Source: Bradyrhizobium sp. (lineage in GTDB: Bacteria; Pseudomonadota; Alphaproteobacteria; Rhizobiales; Xanthobacteraceae). Taken from it: a DNA stretch of 64,000 nt. A program made the position numbers and the translations under genes. Below are positions 17,005 to 26,380 of this stretch, piece by piece. Below the pieces are notes generated by a model. That model worked only from the letters and a program-made list of their open reading frames with translations. It was not told the DNA's origin and did no database searches. Within the stretch, counting starts at the first letter, position 1, and every line of letters starts with the position of its first letter. The stretch lies in the NCBI GenBank assembly GCA_035568535.1, contig DATMNV010000008.1, forward strand, positions 2,316 to 66,315. The letters run 5' to 3'.

Positions 17005-17451
17005 ATGAAGGTCGATATCTGCAGGTTGCCGCATGGCGAAGGCCTGCCGCTGCCCGCCTATCAGAGCGCGCATGCGGCCGGGCTCGATCTGCTCGCCGCC
17101 GTTGCCGAAAACGCGCCGCTGGTGCTTGCGTCGGGCAAGCATGCGCTGGTGCCGACCGGACTCGCCATCGCGCTGCCGCAAGGTTTTGAGGCGCAGGTGC
17201 GGCCGCGCTCGGGGCTTGCGGCGAAACACGGCGTCACCGTGCTCAATTCGCCCGGCACCATCGACGCCGATTACCGCGGCGAGATCCAGGTGATCCTGAT
17301 CAATCACGGCACTGAGGCCTTCACGATCAAGCGCGGCGAGCGCATCGCGCAGATGGTGATCGCGCCCGTCGTGCAGGCCGAGTTCGTGGCCGTCGCCGCG
17401 CTGTCGGACACCGACCGCGGCACCGGCGGCTTCGGCTCGACCGGCCGGTAA
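17005..17451 (+). CDS. dut: dUTP diphosphatase
   Basis: [32 protein letters not shown]. Confidence 0.98.
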   Translation: MKVDICRLPHGEGLPLPAYQSAHAAGLDLLAAVAENAPLVLASGKHALVPTGLAIALPQGFEAQVRPRSGLAAKHGVTVLNSPGTIDADYRGEIQVILINHGTEAFTIKRGERIAQMVIAPVVQAEFVAVAALSDTDRGTGGFGSTGR

Positions 17452-17693
17452 AATACGGACTCAGTTTTTGGAAAATCCGGCGCGCGTAAAGATTCGCCAA
17501 AACGCTTTTTGGCTAATTGTTGGCGCATGACGATCCGCAGTATCCGGCTTTTTTCCCCAGCGAGACTCCCGTTCACGGTCTGGACTCTTACCCCTGGAGT
17601 CCCCTTGGCGATATTGTCCTTTGATTCGCGCGCAGTCGGGGAATGCTGCACGCAAAATCTTGTTCTCATACGGTTTGCTTTGGGGCGCGAAGG

Positions 17694-20192
17694 ATGTCGG
17701 GCGTAATCGGATCGATACGTCGGACGCTGCTGTCGTGCACTGCGCTTGCACGCAACGGCCTGATCGGGCTCGCCGCGAGCGCCCTGCCCTTTGCGCGGCC
17801 TGCCTGGGCCGGCGGCGGTTCGCTGATCTCTGCGATCTTCGACTTCAACCGGCAGGAAGTCGCAGTACTGACCACCGCGCTGGCGCTGCTCGGCTTTTCC
17901 GTGCTGGCCGCGATCCTGTTGATGCACACCCGCATCCGCGCCGCGAAGGCCGAGGGCCGGCTGCACACCAAGATCGAGGGGCTGCAGCTGCAGGCCGACC
18001 GCTACCGGGCGCTGTTGTTCGCGGAACCGCAGATCCTGATCTCCTGGGCCGCCGGCGACAACCGGCCGCGGATTTCCGGCGACATCTCGCTGCTGATGCA
18101 GCAGGACACCCCGCAGCGCATTCTCGCCTTCGGAACCTGGCTGCCGCCCGAACCGGCACTGCAGATGGACCATGCGGTCGATGCGCTGCGCGAGACCGGC
18201 GAAGGCTTTCTGCTCAACCTCACCACCTCCAATGGCCATTCGATCGAAGCGATGGGCCGCGCCATCGGCGGCCAGGCCATTGTGCGGATTCGCGAATTGT
18301 CGGGGCTGCGGCGGGAACTCGCGGAAACCAATTTCCGCCTGAAGGCGCTGATGGAAGAGACCGAGATGCTGCGCGGCTTTGCCGACGCCTCGCCCTTTCC
18401 GATCTGGGCCAAGGGCGCCAAGGGCGAGCTTGCCTATGCCAATGCCGCCTATGTCCAGGCGACCGAAGCCGGCAGCATGGCGGATGCGATCGGCCGGCAT
18501 GTTGAATTACTCGATTCCAGCCACCGCGCCGAGATGGAACGCGCGCTCGACGAGACCGCCGGCTATAACGCGCGGCTGCCGATCGTGGCGCGCGGCGAGC
18601 GCCGCATCTACGACGTGCGTTCCATCAATGTCGGCGGCGGCAGCGTGGGCGTCGCGATCGACGCCAGCGAAGCCGACGCGCTGAGCTCGGCGCTGGTGCG
18701 GATGGCGGAAGCGCATCGCCGCACGCTGGACCAGCTGTCTTCGGGCGTCGCCGCGTTCGATGGCCAGAAGCGGCTCGCATTCTATAATGACTCCTATCGC
18801 CGGCTGTGGGACCTCGAGCCGCAATTCCTCGACAGCAACCCGGATGATTCCAGCGTGCTCGACCGGCTGCGCGCGGCACGCAAGCTGCCCGAGCAGGCCG
18901 ATTTCCGCGCCTGGAAGATGAAGCTGCACGAGGCTTATCGTGCTGACGAGACTATCAAGGACACCTGGTTTCTGCCGGACGGCCGCGCGCTCAGCGTCGT
19001 CACCACGCCCAATACCGAAGGCGGCGTCACCTATCTGTTCGACGACGTCACCGAGAGTTTCAATCTGGCGCGCCGCTTCGACGGCCTGATCCGGGTGCAG
19101 CGCGAGACGCTCGACAGCCTCGCCGAAGGCGTCGCGGTGTTCGGCAGCAATGGCCGTGCGCAGTTGTTCAACCCCGCCTTTGCCAAGATGTGGAAGCTGT
19201 CTCCGGACGCACTGCGCGAAGAGCCGCATATCGATACCGTGGAAGCCTGGTGCAAGCCGCTGTTCGACGAAGCCGGGGCCTGGCGCATCATCCGCGAGGC
19301 GATCACGACGATCGAAAACCGTACCGACGTGCAGCTCAAGCTCGATCGCAAGGACGGCAGCGTGCTCGACTGCATGAGCCGGCCGTTGCCCGACGGCGCC
19401 ACCATGCTGACCTTCCAGGACATCACCGACACCGAGAATGTCGAGCGGGCCTTGCGCGAGAGCAACGACGCGCTGAAGGCCGCCGACCAGATGAAGATCG
19501 ACTTCGTCCACCACGTCTCCTACGAATTGCGCGCCCCGCTCACCACCATCATCGGCTTTTCGCATTTCCTCTGCGACCCCTCGACCGGACCGCTGACCCC
19601 GAAGCAGGCCGAATATCTCGATTACGTCACCAAATCGACCAATGCGCTCCTGGCATTGACCAACAACATCCTCGATCTCGCCACCATCGATGCCGGCGCC
19701 ATGAAGCTCGAGCTCGGCCCGGTCGATATCCGCAAGGCGATCGAGGCCGCGGCCGAAGGCCTGCAGGACCGCCTCGCCACCGACCGCATCCGCCTCAAGG
19801 TCGACGTCGATGCCAATATCGGCAGCTTCATCGGCGACGAGCGGCGCGTGGTGCAGGTGCTCTATAACCTGCTCGCCAACGCCGTCGGCTTCTCGCCGCA
19901 GGATGCGACCGTGGCCGTCAGCTCCAGACGGACCGAACGTAGCGTGGTCTTCACCGTGACCGATTCCGGCCCGGGCGTGCCGGCGGAGTTCCGCGACAAG
20001 GCCTTCGACATGTTCGAGAGCCATTCGCAGGGCTCGCGGCATCGCGGCGCCGGACTCGGCTTGTCGCTGGTGCGCTCCTTTGTCAAACTGCATGGCGGCG
20101 ACGTGCGTTTCGCGCCGCCCGCGGGCAAGGGAACCACTGTGATCTGCGAATTTCCGCTTCAACAGGCCGTGCAGCGCGACGCCGCTGAATGA
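17694..20192 (+). CDS. divL: DivL-type multi-PAS pseudo-histidine kinase
   Basis: H-box has Tyr instead of His (VSYELRAPL); N-terminal TM, PAS repeats, HATPase; located upstream of tsaE-murU-addBA as in other rhizobia. Confidence 0.85.
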   Translation: MSGVIGSIRRTLLSCTALARNGLIGLAASALPFARPAWAGGGSLISAIFDFNRQEVAVLTTALALLGFSVLAAILLMHTRIRAAKAEGRLHTKIEGLQLQADRYRALLFAEPQILISWAAGDNRPRISGDISLLMQQDTPQRILAFGTWLPPEPALQMDHAVDALRETGEGFLLNLTTSNGHSIEAMGRAIGGQAIVRIRELSGLRRELAETNFRLKALMEETEMLRGFADASPFPIWAKGAKGELAYANAAYVQATEAGSMADAIGRHVELLDSSHRAEMERALDETAGYNARLPIVARGERRIYDVRSINVGGGSVGVAIDASEADALSSALVRMAEAHRRTLDQLSSGVAAFDGQKRLAFYNDSYRRLWDLEPQFLDSNPDDSSVLDRLRAARKLPEQADFRAWKMKLHEAYRADETIKDTWFLPDGRALSVVTTPNTEGGVTYLFDDVTESFNLARRFDGLIRVQRETLDSLAEGVAVFGSNGRAQLFNPAFAKMWKLSPDALREEPHIDTVEAWCKPLFDEAGAWRIIREAITTIENRTDVQLKLDRKDGSVLDCMSRPLPDGATMLTFQDITDTENVERALRESNDALKAADQMKIDFVHHVSYELRAPLTTIIGFSHFLCDPSTGPLTPKQAEYLDYVTKSTNALLALTNNILDLATIDAGAMKLELGPVDIRKAIEAAAEGLQDRLATDRIRLKVDVDANIGSFIGDERRVVQVLYNLLANAVGFSPQDATVAVSSRRTERSVVFTVTDSGPGVPAEFRDKAFDMFESHSQGSRHRGAGLGLSLVRSFVKLHGGDVRFAPPAGKGTTVICEFPLQQAVQRDAAE

Positions 20193-21712
20193 ACGCGCCT
20201 GCGACATTTTCCGTGGCGCTCGCAAACGAGGCGGCGACCGGGCAGCTGATGGCCGATCTGGCGCTCTTGATCAGCCCCGGCGACCTCATCACGCTCTCGG
20301 GCGATCTCGGCGCCGGCAAGACCGCCGCGGCGCGAGCGATGATCCGCTACCTCGCCGACGACGAGGCGCTGGAAGTGCCGAGCCCGACCTTCACGCTGGC
20401 GCAAAGCTACGACCTGCCGTCGTTGCCGCTGGTGCATGCCGACCTCTATCGCATCAGCGACCCCTACGAGCTGGAAGAGATCGGCCTGTCGCCGTTGCCG
20501 GAGGGCACGGTGGCGCTGATCGAATGGCCGGAGCGCGCCGAAGACACATTGCCGGCCGACCGCATCGACATCGCCTTCAACCATCGCCCGGGGCTCGGCT
20601 CGACCGCGCGCGTGGCCGTGATCACCGGCTATGGCAGGACTGCCGCCGTGGTGGAGCGGCTCAAGACGCTGCGGCAATTCCTCGAAGGCGCAAACTTCAT
20701 CGACGCGCGGCGCAAGCGCATGGCGGGCGACGCCTCGATCCGCTCCTACGCGCGGCTGCTGCAGGATGATGCCGCCTTCATCCTGATGAATTCGCCGAAG
20801 CGGCCGGACGGGCCGGCGATCTATGACGGCAAGGCTTACAGTGCCGCCGTGCATCTCGCCGAAGACGTCAAACCCTTTGTCGCAATCGACAAAGGCTTGC
20901 GCGGGCGCGGGCTCTCGGCGCCCGAAATCCATCACGCCGATCTCGAAGGCGGCTTCCTGATCACCGAGGATTTCGGCAGCGAGCCCTTCATCGCAGGCGA
21001 TCCGCCCGCACCGATCGCGGAGCGCTACGAAGCTGCCACCGACATGCTGGCGGCACTGCATCACGAGGCAGTGCCCGAAGTGCTGCCACTGGCAGCCGAG
21101 GCCAACTATCCGATTCCGGTTTTCGACATCGACGCCTGGCTGATCGAGATCGGGTTGATGCTGGAATGGTATCTGCCGGACCGTGGCGTGACGCCGAGCG
21201 ACCAGCTGCGCGCCGAGTTCATGACGATGTGGCGCGAGATCCTGCAAAAGCCGGCTTTCGCCGCCAAGACCTGGGTGCTGCGCGACTTCCACTCGCCCAA
21301 TTTGATCTGGTTGGCCGATCGCGCCGGCATCGCGCGGGTCGGCATTCTCGACTTCCAGGACGCGGTGCTGGGGCCCGGGGCCTATGACGTCGTGTCGCTG
21401 CTGCAGGATGCGCGGATCGACGTGCCGGAGATGACCGAGCTTTCGCTGTTCTCGCGCTACATCAAGGCAAGGCGCGCGGCGGACGCCGGCTTCGACGCCG
21501 CCGAGTTCGCGACCCTCTATGCCATCCTGTCGGCACAGCGGAACACAAGGCTGCTCGGCACCTTTGCCCGGCTCAACCGGCGCGACGGCAAGCCGCAATA
21601 TCTGCGCCACCAGCCGCGGATCTGGGCCTATCTCAACCGCTCGCTGGCGCATCCGTCGCTGGCGCCGCTAAAGGACTGGTATGCGGCGAATGTGCCGCCA
21701 CCTTCTCCGTAG
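20189..21712 (+). CDS. tsaE: TsaE ATPase fused to AmgK-like MurNAc/GlcNAc kinase
   Basis: GDLGAGKT, SPTFTL, HADLYR, IEWPE; then GDASIRSY, RDFHSPNL, ILDFQDA. Confidence 0.92.
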   Translation: MNAPATFSVALANEAATGQLMADLALLISPGDLITLSGDLGAGKTAAARAMIRYLADDEALEVPSPTFTLAQSYDLPSLPLVHADLYRISDPYELEEIGLSPLPEGTVALIEWPERAEDTLPADRIDIAFNHRPGLGSTARVAVITGYGRTAAVVERLKTLRQFLEGANFIDARRKRMAGDASIRSYARLLQDDAAFILMNSPKRPDGPAIYDGKAYSAAVHLAEDVKPFVAIDKGLRGRGLSAPEIHHADLEGGFLITEDFGSEPFIAGDPPAPIAERYEAATDMLAALHHEAVPEVLPLAAEANYPIPVFDIDAWLIEIGLMLEWYLPDRGVTPSDQLRAEFMTMWREILQKPAFAAKTWVLRDFHSPNLIWLADRAGIARVGILDFQDAVLGPGAYDVVSLLQDARIDVPEMTELSLFSRYIKARRAADAGFDAAEFATLYAILSAQRNTRLLGTFARLNRRDGKPQYLRHQPRIWAYLNRSLAHPSLAPLKDWYAANVPPPSP

Positions 21713-21806
21713 ATTTACTGGTTGTTAGCCGGCTCCCTTTACGCTGTGGCAGGCCGGGGCTCGCGAGCGCGCACGGCCTTTTCGCGTACGGCTGGAGTAT
21801 AAAGAC

Positions 21807-22124
21807 ATGGCGGCGACGGAACGGCGCAACGGCGACCGTGTCACCTTCGAGCGCGGCATCCCCGCGCATATGATGGGGATCGACGGCACCTGGCGGCGCG
21901 ACTGCGTCATGGAGGACGTCTCCGAAAGCGGCGCCAAGCTGACGGTCGACGGCCCCGTCGAGGGGCTGCACCTGAAAGAATTCTTCCTGCTGCTGTCGTC
22001 GACCGGCCTCGCCTACCGCCGCTGCGAGCTGTCCTGGGTCAATGGCAACCAGATCGGCGTTAACTTTCTGAGGCTGGGCGACAAGAAGAAGAAGCTCGGC
22101 CGCCGCACGCCGGCGGACGCCTGA
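21807..22124 (+). CDS. Single-domain PilZ protein
   Basis: RxxxR (RNGDR) and DxSxxG (DVSESG) c-di-GMP motifs. Confidence 0.85.
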   Translation: MAATERRNGDRVTFERGIPAHMMGIDGTWRRDCVMEDVSESGAKLTVDGPVEGLHLKEFFLLLSSTGLAYRRCELSWVNGNQIGVNFLRLGDKKKKLGRRTPADA

Positions 22125-22245
22125 GCCTGGCAGGGCGGCCGCCGTCGTACGGCCGTCATCAGGGACGACTATGGCCTCGGCGCAACTACCCCCGCCCCGC
22201 CGCCGTGCTATGATTCGCGGCGCTTTTTACCGAGATTTCCCGAAT

Positions 22246-22968
22246 ATGTCCGTCGAACCCACCAAAGCCATGGTCCTCGCTGCCGGCCTCGGCCTGCGCA
22301 TGCGCCCCCTGACGGACCATATGCCGAAACCGCTGGTGCCCGTGGCGGGCCGGCCGCTGCTGGACCATGTGCTCGACAAGCTGGCCGCGGCCGGGGTCGG
22401 CGAAGCCGTGGTCAATGTGCACTATCTGCCGGACCAGATCATCGACCATGTCGCCTCGCGCAAATCGCCGCGCGTGATCATTTCCGACGAGCGGGACCAG
22501 GTGCTCGGCACCGGCGGCGGCGTGGTCAAGGCGCTGCCGCTGCTGGGCCAACAGCCGTTCTTCCATGTCAATTCCGACACGATGTGGATCGACGGCGTGC
22601 AGTCCAACCTCAAGCGGCTCGCCGAAACGTTCGATCCCGCGCGCATGGACATTCTCCTCCTGATGGCGCCGACCGCCAACAGCATCGGCTATGGCGGCCG
22701 CGGTGACTACGCCATGCTGCCGGATGGCGCGCTGCGCAAGCGGCGCGAGCATCAGGTGGTGCCGTTCGTCTATGCGGGCGCCGCGATCTTCTCGCCGGTG
22801 ATCTTCGACGGCGCGCCGAAGGGCGAGTTCTCGCTGACCAAAATGTTCGACGCCGCCAATGAGCAGGAGCGCCTGTTCGGGCTGCGCCTCGACGGCGTCT
22901 GGATGCATGTCGGCACGCCCGACGCCGTGAACGCTGCCGAAGAGGCGTTCCTGGAGAGTGTGGCGTAG
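22246..22968 (+). CDS. murU: MurU-like nucleotidyltransferase
   Basis: AMVLAAGLGLRMRPLT..PKPL, VNVHY, WMHVGTP; adjacent to the amgK domain. Confidence 0.82.
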   Translation: MSVEPTKAMVLAAGLGLRMRPLTDHMPKPLVPVAGRPLLDHVLDKLAAAGVGEAVVNVHYLPDQIIDHVASRKSPRVIISDERDQVLGTGGGVVKALPLLGQQPFFHVNSDTMWIDGVQSNLKRLAETFDPARMDILLLMAPTANSIGYGGRGDYAMLPDGALRKRREHQVVPFVYAGAAIFSPVIFDGAPKGEFSLTKMFDAANEQERLFGLRLDGVWMHVGTPDAVNAAEEAFLESVA

Positions 22969-23140
22969 CCGTCGTCCCGGACAAGCGAGCAAAGCGAGCG
23001 CGATCCGGGATCCATAACCACCGATGTTGATTGGGCGAAAACGCTGGGGCCCCAGCTTTGCCCAACTATTTCCCCCTGTGGTAATAGGTCCCCGCTCCCG
23101 TGCGCAATTGCGCACTAGGCGGGGACGACAATTGCCCTGT
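22969..23140. repeat. CGTC-type REP-like palindromic element
   Basis: Termini ccgtcgtcccgg...ccgggatccata and ggtccccgc...gcggggacgaca; internal palindrome gtgcgcaattgcgcac. Confidence 0.8.
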
Positions 23141-23233
23141 GGGACGCGTGTACAACCAAACGACCAGCCGCTCGCCAACCTTTCGCGGGTGATGACAGCG
23201 CCTATATTGGCGCCAGATCGAATCAGGCCCTCC

Positions 23234-26200
23234 ATGCGCGTTTTCAACGTTCCCCTTTCCGTGCCGTTCCTGCGCTGCGTCATTGGGGCGCTGATCGACG
23301 GCCGGCTGGTCGAGGGCTTTGAGGCGCGCAGCAATCCGGCAAAACTCGCAGGCGCGACGCTTTATCTGCCGACCCGGCGTGCGATGCGCGTCGCACGCGA
23401 GGTGTTTCTCGACGAGTTGAACAGCGACGCCGCGGTGCTGCCGCGCATTGTCGCGCTCGGCGACATCGATGAGGACGAGCTCGCCTTCGCCGACGAAGCG
23501 GAGCAACTGGGCGGCGGCGCGCCGCTCGACATCCCGCCGAGACTCGGCGAGCTCGAACGCCGGCTGACACTGGCGCGCCTCGTCGCCGCCTGGGCCAAGG
23601 GTCCCGTGCTGGCGCCGCTGGTGGTCGGCGGGCCGGCCTCGACGCTGGCGCTCGCGGGCGACCTGGCGCGCCTGATCGACGACATGGTGACGCGCGGCGT
23701 CGACTGGAATGCACTCGACGGGCTCGTGCCCGACCAGCTCGACGTCTATTGGCAGCATTCGCTGCAATTCCTGAAGATCGCGCGCGAGGCTTGGCCGAAC
23801 TATCTCGCCGAGATCGGCAAGATCGAGCCGGCGGCGCGGCGCGATCTGTTGATCACGGCCGAGGCCGCGCGGCTGACCGCCCATCACAGGGGCCCGGTGA
23901 TCGCCGCGGGCTCGACCGGTTCGATGCCGACCACCGCAAAATTTTTGCATGCGGTCGCAACACTGCCGCAGGGTGCGGTGGTGCTGCCCGGCCTCGACAC
24001 CGATCTCGACGAAGATTCCTGGCGCGGCATCGGCGGCGAGCGGGACGACAGTGGCAAATTCATCGAGCATCCCGCCTCGAACCATCCGCAATTCGCGATG
24101 CAGGCGCTGCTGGAGCGTTTTGGCATCAAGCGCGGCGACGTCGAAACTCTGCAGCCGCCGTTGCCCGACGGGCGCGACGTGCTGCTGTCGGAGGCGATGC
24201 GCCCTTCGAACGCGACGGCGCAATGGCATGACCGGCTGCAGCAGCCGGAGATCGCCGCCCGTATTGAAAACGGCATGAGACATCTCGCGGTGATCGAGGC
24301 ACCCAATCCGGAAATGGAGGCGCTCTCGATCGCGGTGGCGTTGCGCGAAGCACGGCATTTCGGAAAGACGGCGGCATTGGTGACACCCGACCGCGCGCTG
24401 GCGCGCCGCGTGATGGCCGCGCTCGGCCGCTGGAACCTCGACTATGAGGATTCCGGCGGCGATGCGCTGATCGAAACCGCCGCTGGCGTGTTTGCGCGCC
24501 TCGCGGCGGAGGCCGTCGCAGGCGGACTGGAGCCGCCGACACTGCTGGCGCTGCTGAAGCATCCGATGTGCCGGCTCGGTAGCGCGGAAGGCATGCAAGG
24601 ACCCGCGATCGAGACATTGGAGCTGGCGTTGCTGCGCGGCACGCGCCCGCAACCGGGGACGGGCGGACTGGCGCAGGATTTTGCGCGCTTTCGCGGCGAG
24701 CTCGACAAGCTCAACCGCGGCGAGGTGTCGTCGCTGCACCGCGCCGAGCGACGGGCCCGCCTGAAAGATCGCGAGCTCGATCGCGCGCAGGCGCTGATCC
24801 GCAGCCTGCAGACGGCGCTGGCGCCGCTGGAAAGCCTATCGTCGACAAGACCATACGATTTCGCTGAACTCGCGACACGGCATCGCGACATCCTGATCGA
24901 GTTGTCGCGCGACCAAGGCGGCATCTCGGTCGCCTTCGAGGAACGCGAAGGCCTGGCGCTCGCGGCCGCCTTCGACGAACTGTTGTCGACACAGCAACAA
25001 AGCGGGCTGCTGGTCTCACTCGCCGATTATCCGGAGGTGTTCCAGACCGCCTTTGCCGATCGCGCGGTACGGCGGCCCGAGCGTCCGGGCACAAAGCTCC
25101 ACATCTACGGTCCGCTGGAATCGCGGCTGATGCAGGCCGACCGCATCATTGTCGGCGGACTGATCGAGGGCGTGTGGCCGCCGGCGCCGCGGATCGATCC
25201 CTGGCTCAGCCGCCCGATGCGACACGAGCTTGGCCTCGATCTGCCGGAGCGGCGTATCGGCCTTTCCGCGCATGACTTCGCGCAGCTGCTTGGACAAGAG
25301 GACGTGATCCTCAGTCACAGCGCCAAAGCCGGCGGCGCGCCCGCGGTGGCCTCGCGCTTCCTGCACCGGCTGGAAGCGGTCGCGGGCGAAGCGCGCTGGA
25401 AAGCTGCCGGGGCGGCGGGCGAGCAATATGTGCAATTCGCGCATGAGCTCGACCGGCCCGAGAAAGTCGTGCCGATCCCGCAGCCCGCGCCGACGCCGCC
25501 GCGCGCGACTCGGCCGCTCAAGCTTTCGGTCACTGCGATCGAGGACTGGCTGCGCGATCCCTACACCATCTACGCCAAGCATATTTTGAAGCTCGATGCG
25601 CTCGATCCCGTCGACATGCCGCTATCGGCGGCCGATCGCGGCTCGGCGATCCACAATGCCATCGGAGAATTCACCAAGGCATTTGCCGACAACCTGCCCG
25701 CCGATCCCGTGCTTGCCTTGCGCGAGATCGGCCAGAAGCATTTTGCGCCGCTGATGGAGCGGCCCGAGGCGCGTGCGCTGTGGTGGCCGCGGTTTCAGCG
25801 CATCGCCGGATGGTTTGCCGAATGGGAGGCCGCCCGCCGCGGTCGCATTGATACGATCAAGGCCGAGATCAAGGGTGAAATGGCGATCCAGCTCGACAAC
25901 GCGCGCACCTTCCATCTCTCCGCGCGCGCCGACCGCATCGAGCGCCGCGCCGACGGTACCTTCGCGATCCTCGATTACAAGACCGGGCAGCCGCCGACGG
26001 GAAAACAGGTGCGCATGGGCCTGTCGCCGCAGCTCACGCTGGAAGCCGCGATCCTGCGCGAAGGCGGCTTTGACGGCATCGACGCCGGTGCCTCCGTCGG
26101 CGAGCTGGTCTATGTGCGCTTGAGCGGCAACAATCCACCCGGCGAAGAGCGGTCGCTGGAACTGAAGATCAAGAACGGCGATACGCCGCAGCATCCCGAT

Positions 26201-26380
26201 GCGGCCGCCGATTACGCGCGGACGCAGCTCGAGGCCCTGGTCCGAAAATTCGAGGATGAGAACGAACCTTATCGTTCGCTGGTGCTGTCGATGTGGACCA
26301 GCCGCTACGGCACCTATGACGACCTCGCCCGGATCAAGGAATGGTCCGCGGCCGGAGGATTGGGGCTTCCGGAATGGTGA
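23234..26380 (+). CDS. addB: Double-strand break repair protein AddB
   Basis: YLPTRRA, AGSTGS, ALVTPDR.LARRV, RDPY..YA, RADRI, DYKTG; start at MRVFNVP. Confidence 0.95.
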   Translation: MRVFNVPLSVPFLRCVIGALIDGRLVEGFEARSNPAKLAGATLYLPTRRAMRVAREVFLDELNSDAAVLPRIVALGDIDEDELAFADEAEQLGGGAPLDIPPRLGELERRLTLARLVAAWAKGPVLAPLVVGGPASTLALAGDLARLIDDMVTRGVDWNALDGLVPDQLDVYWQHSLQFLKIAREAWPNYLAEIGKIEPAARRDLLITAEAARLTAHHRGPVIAAGSTGSMPTTAKFLHAVATLPQGAVVLPGLDTDLDEDSWRGIGGERDDSGKFIEHPASNHPQFAMQALLERFGIKRGDVETLQPPLPDGRDVLLSEAMRPSNATAQWHDRLQQPEIAARIENGMRHLAVIEAPNPEMEALSIAVALREARHFGKTAALVTPDRALARRVMAALGRWNLDYEDSGGDALIETAAGVFARLAAEAVAGGLEPPTLLALLKHPMCRLGSAEGMQGPAIETLELALLRGTRPQPGTGGLAQDFARFRGELDKLNRGEVSSLHRAERRARLKDRELDRAQALIRSLQTALAPLESLSSTRPYDFAELATRHRDILIELSRDQGGISVAFEEREGLALAAAFDELLSTQQQSGLLVSLADYPEVFQTAFADRAVRRPERPGTKLHIYGPLESRLMQADRIIVGGLIEGVWPPAPRIDPWLSRPMRHELGLDLPERRIGLSAHDFAQLLGQEDVILSHSAKAGGAPAVASRFLHRLEAVAGEARWKAAGAAGEQYVQFAHELDRPEKVVPIPQPAPTPPRATRPLKLSVTAIEDWLRDPYTIYAKHILKLDALDPVDMPLSAADRGSAIHNAIGEFTKAFADNLPADPVLALREIGQKHFAPLMERPEARALWWPRFQRIAGWFAEWEAARRGRIDTIKAEIKGEMAIQLDNARTFHLSARADRIERRADGTFAILDYKTGQPPTGKQVRMGLSPQLTLEAAILREGGFDGIDAGASVGELVYVRLSGNNPPGEERSLELKIKNGDTPQHPDAAADYARTQLEALVRKFEDENEPYRSLVLSMWTSRYGTYDDLARIKEWSAAGGLGLPEW

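Noticed and set aside
19510-19545. Histidine kinase lacking its phospho-accepting His, as a possible pseudogene or novelty
   Set aside because: His-to-Tyr in the H-box is the established hallmark of DivL.
23024-23233. Apparent N-terminal extensions of addB, and likewise ggt, GFA, rpsA, folC, ugpB and moeB
   Set aside because: The upstream in-frame starts run through repeats, terminators or neighbouring genes; better starts with ribosome-binding sites or family-typical N-termini lie downstream.
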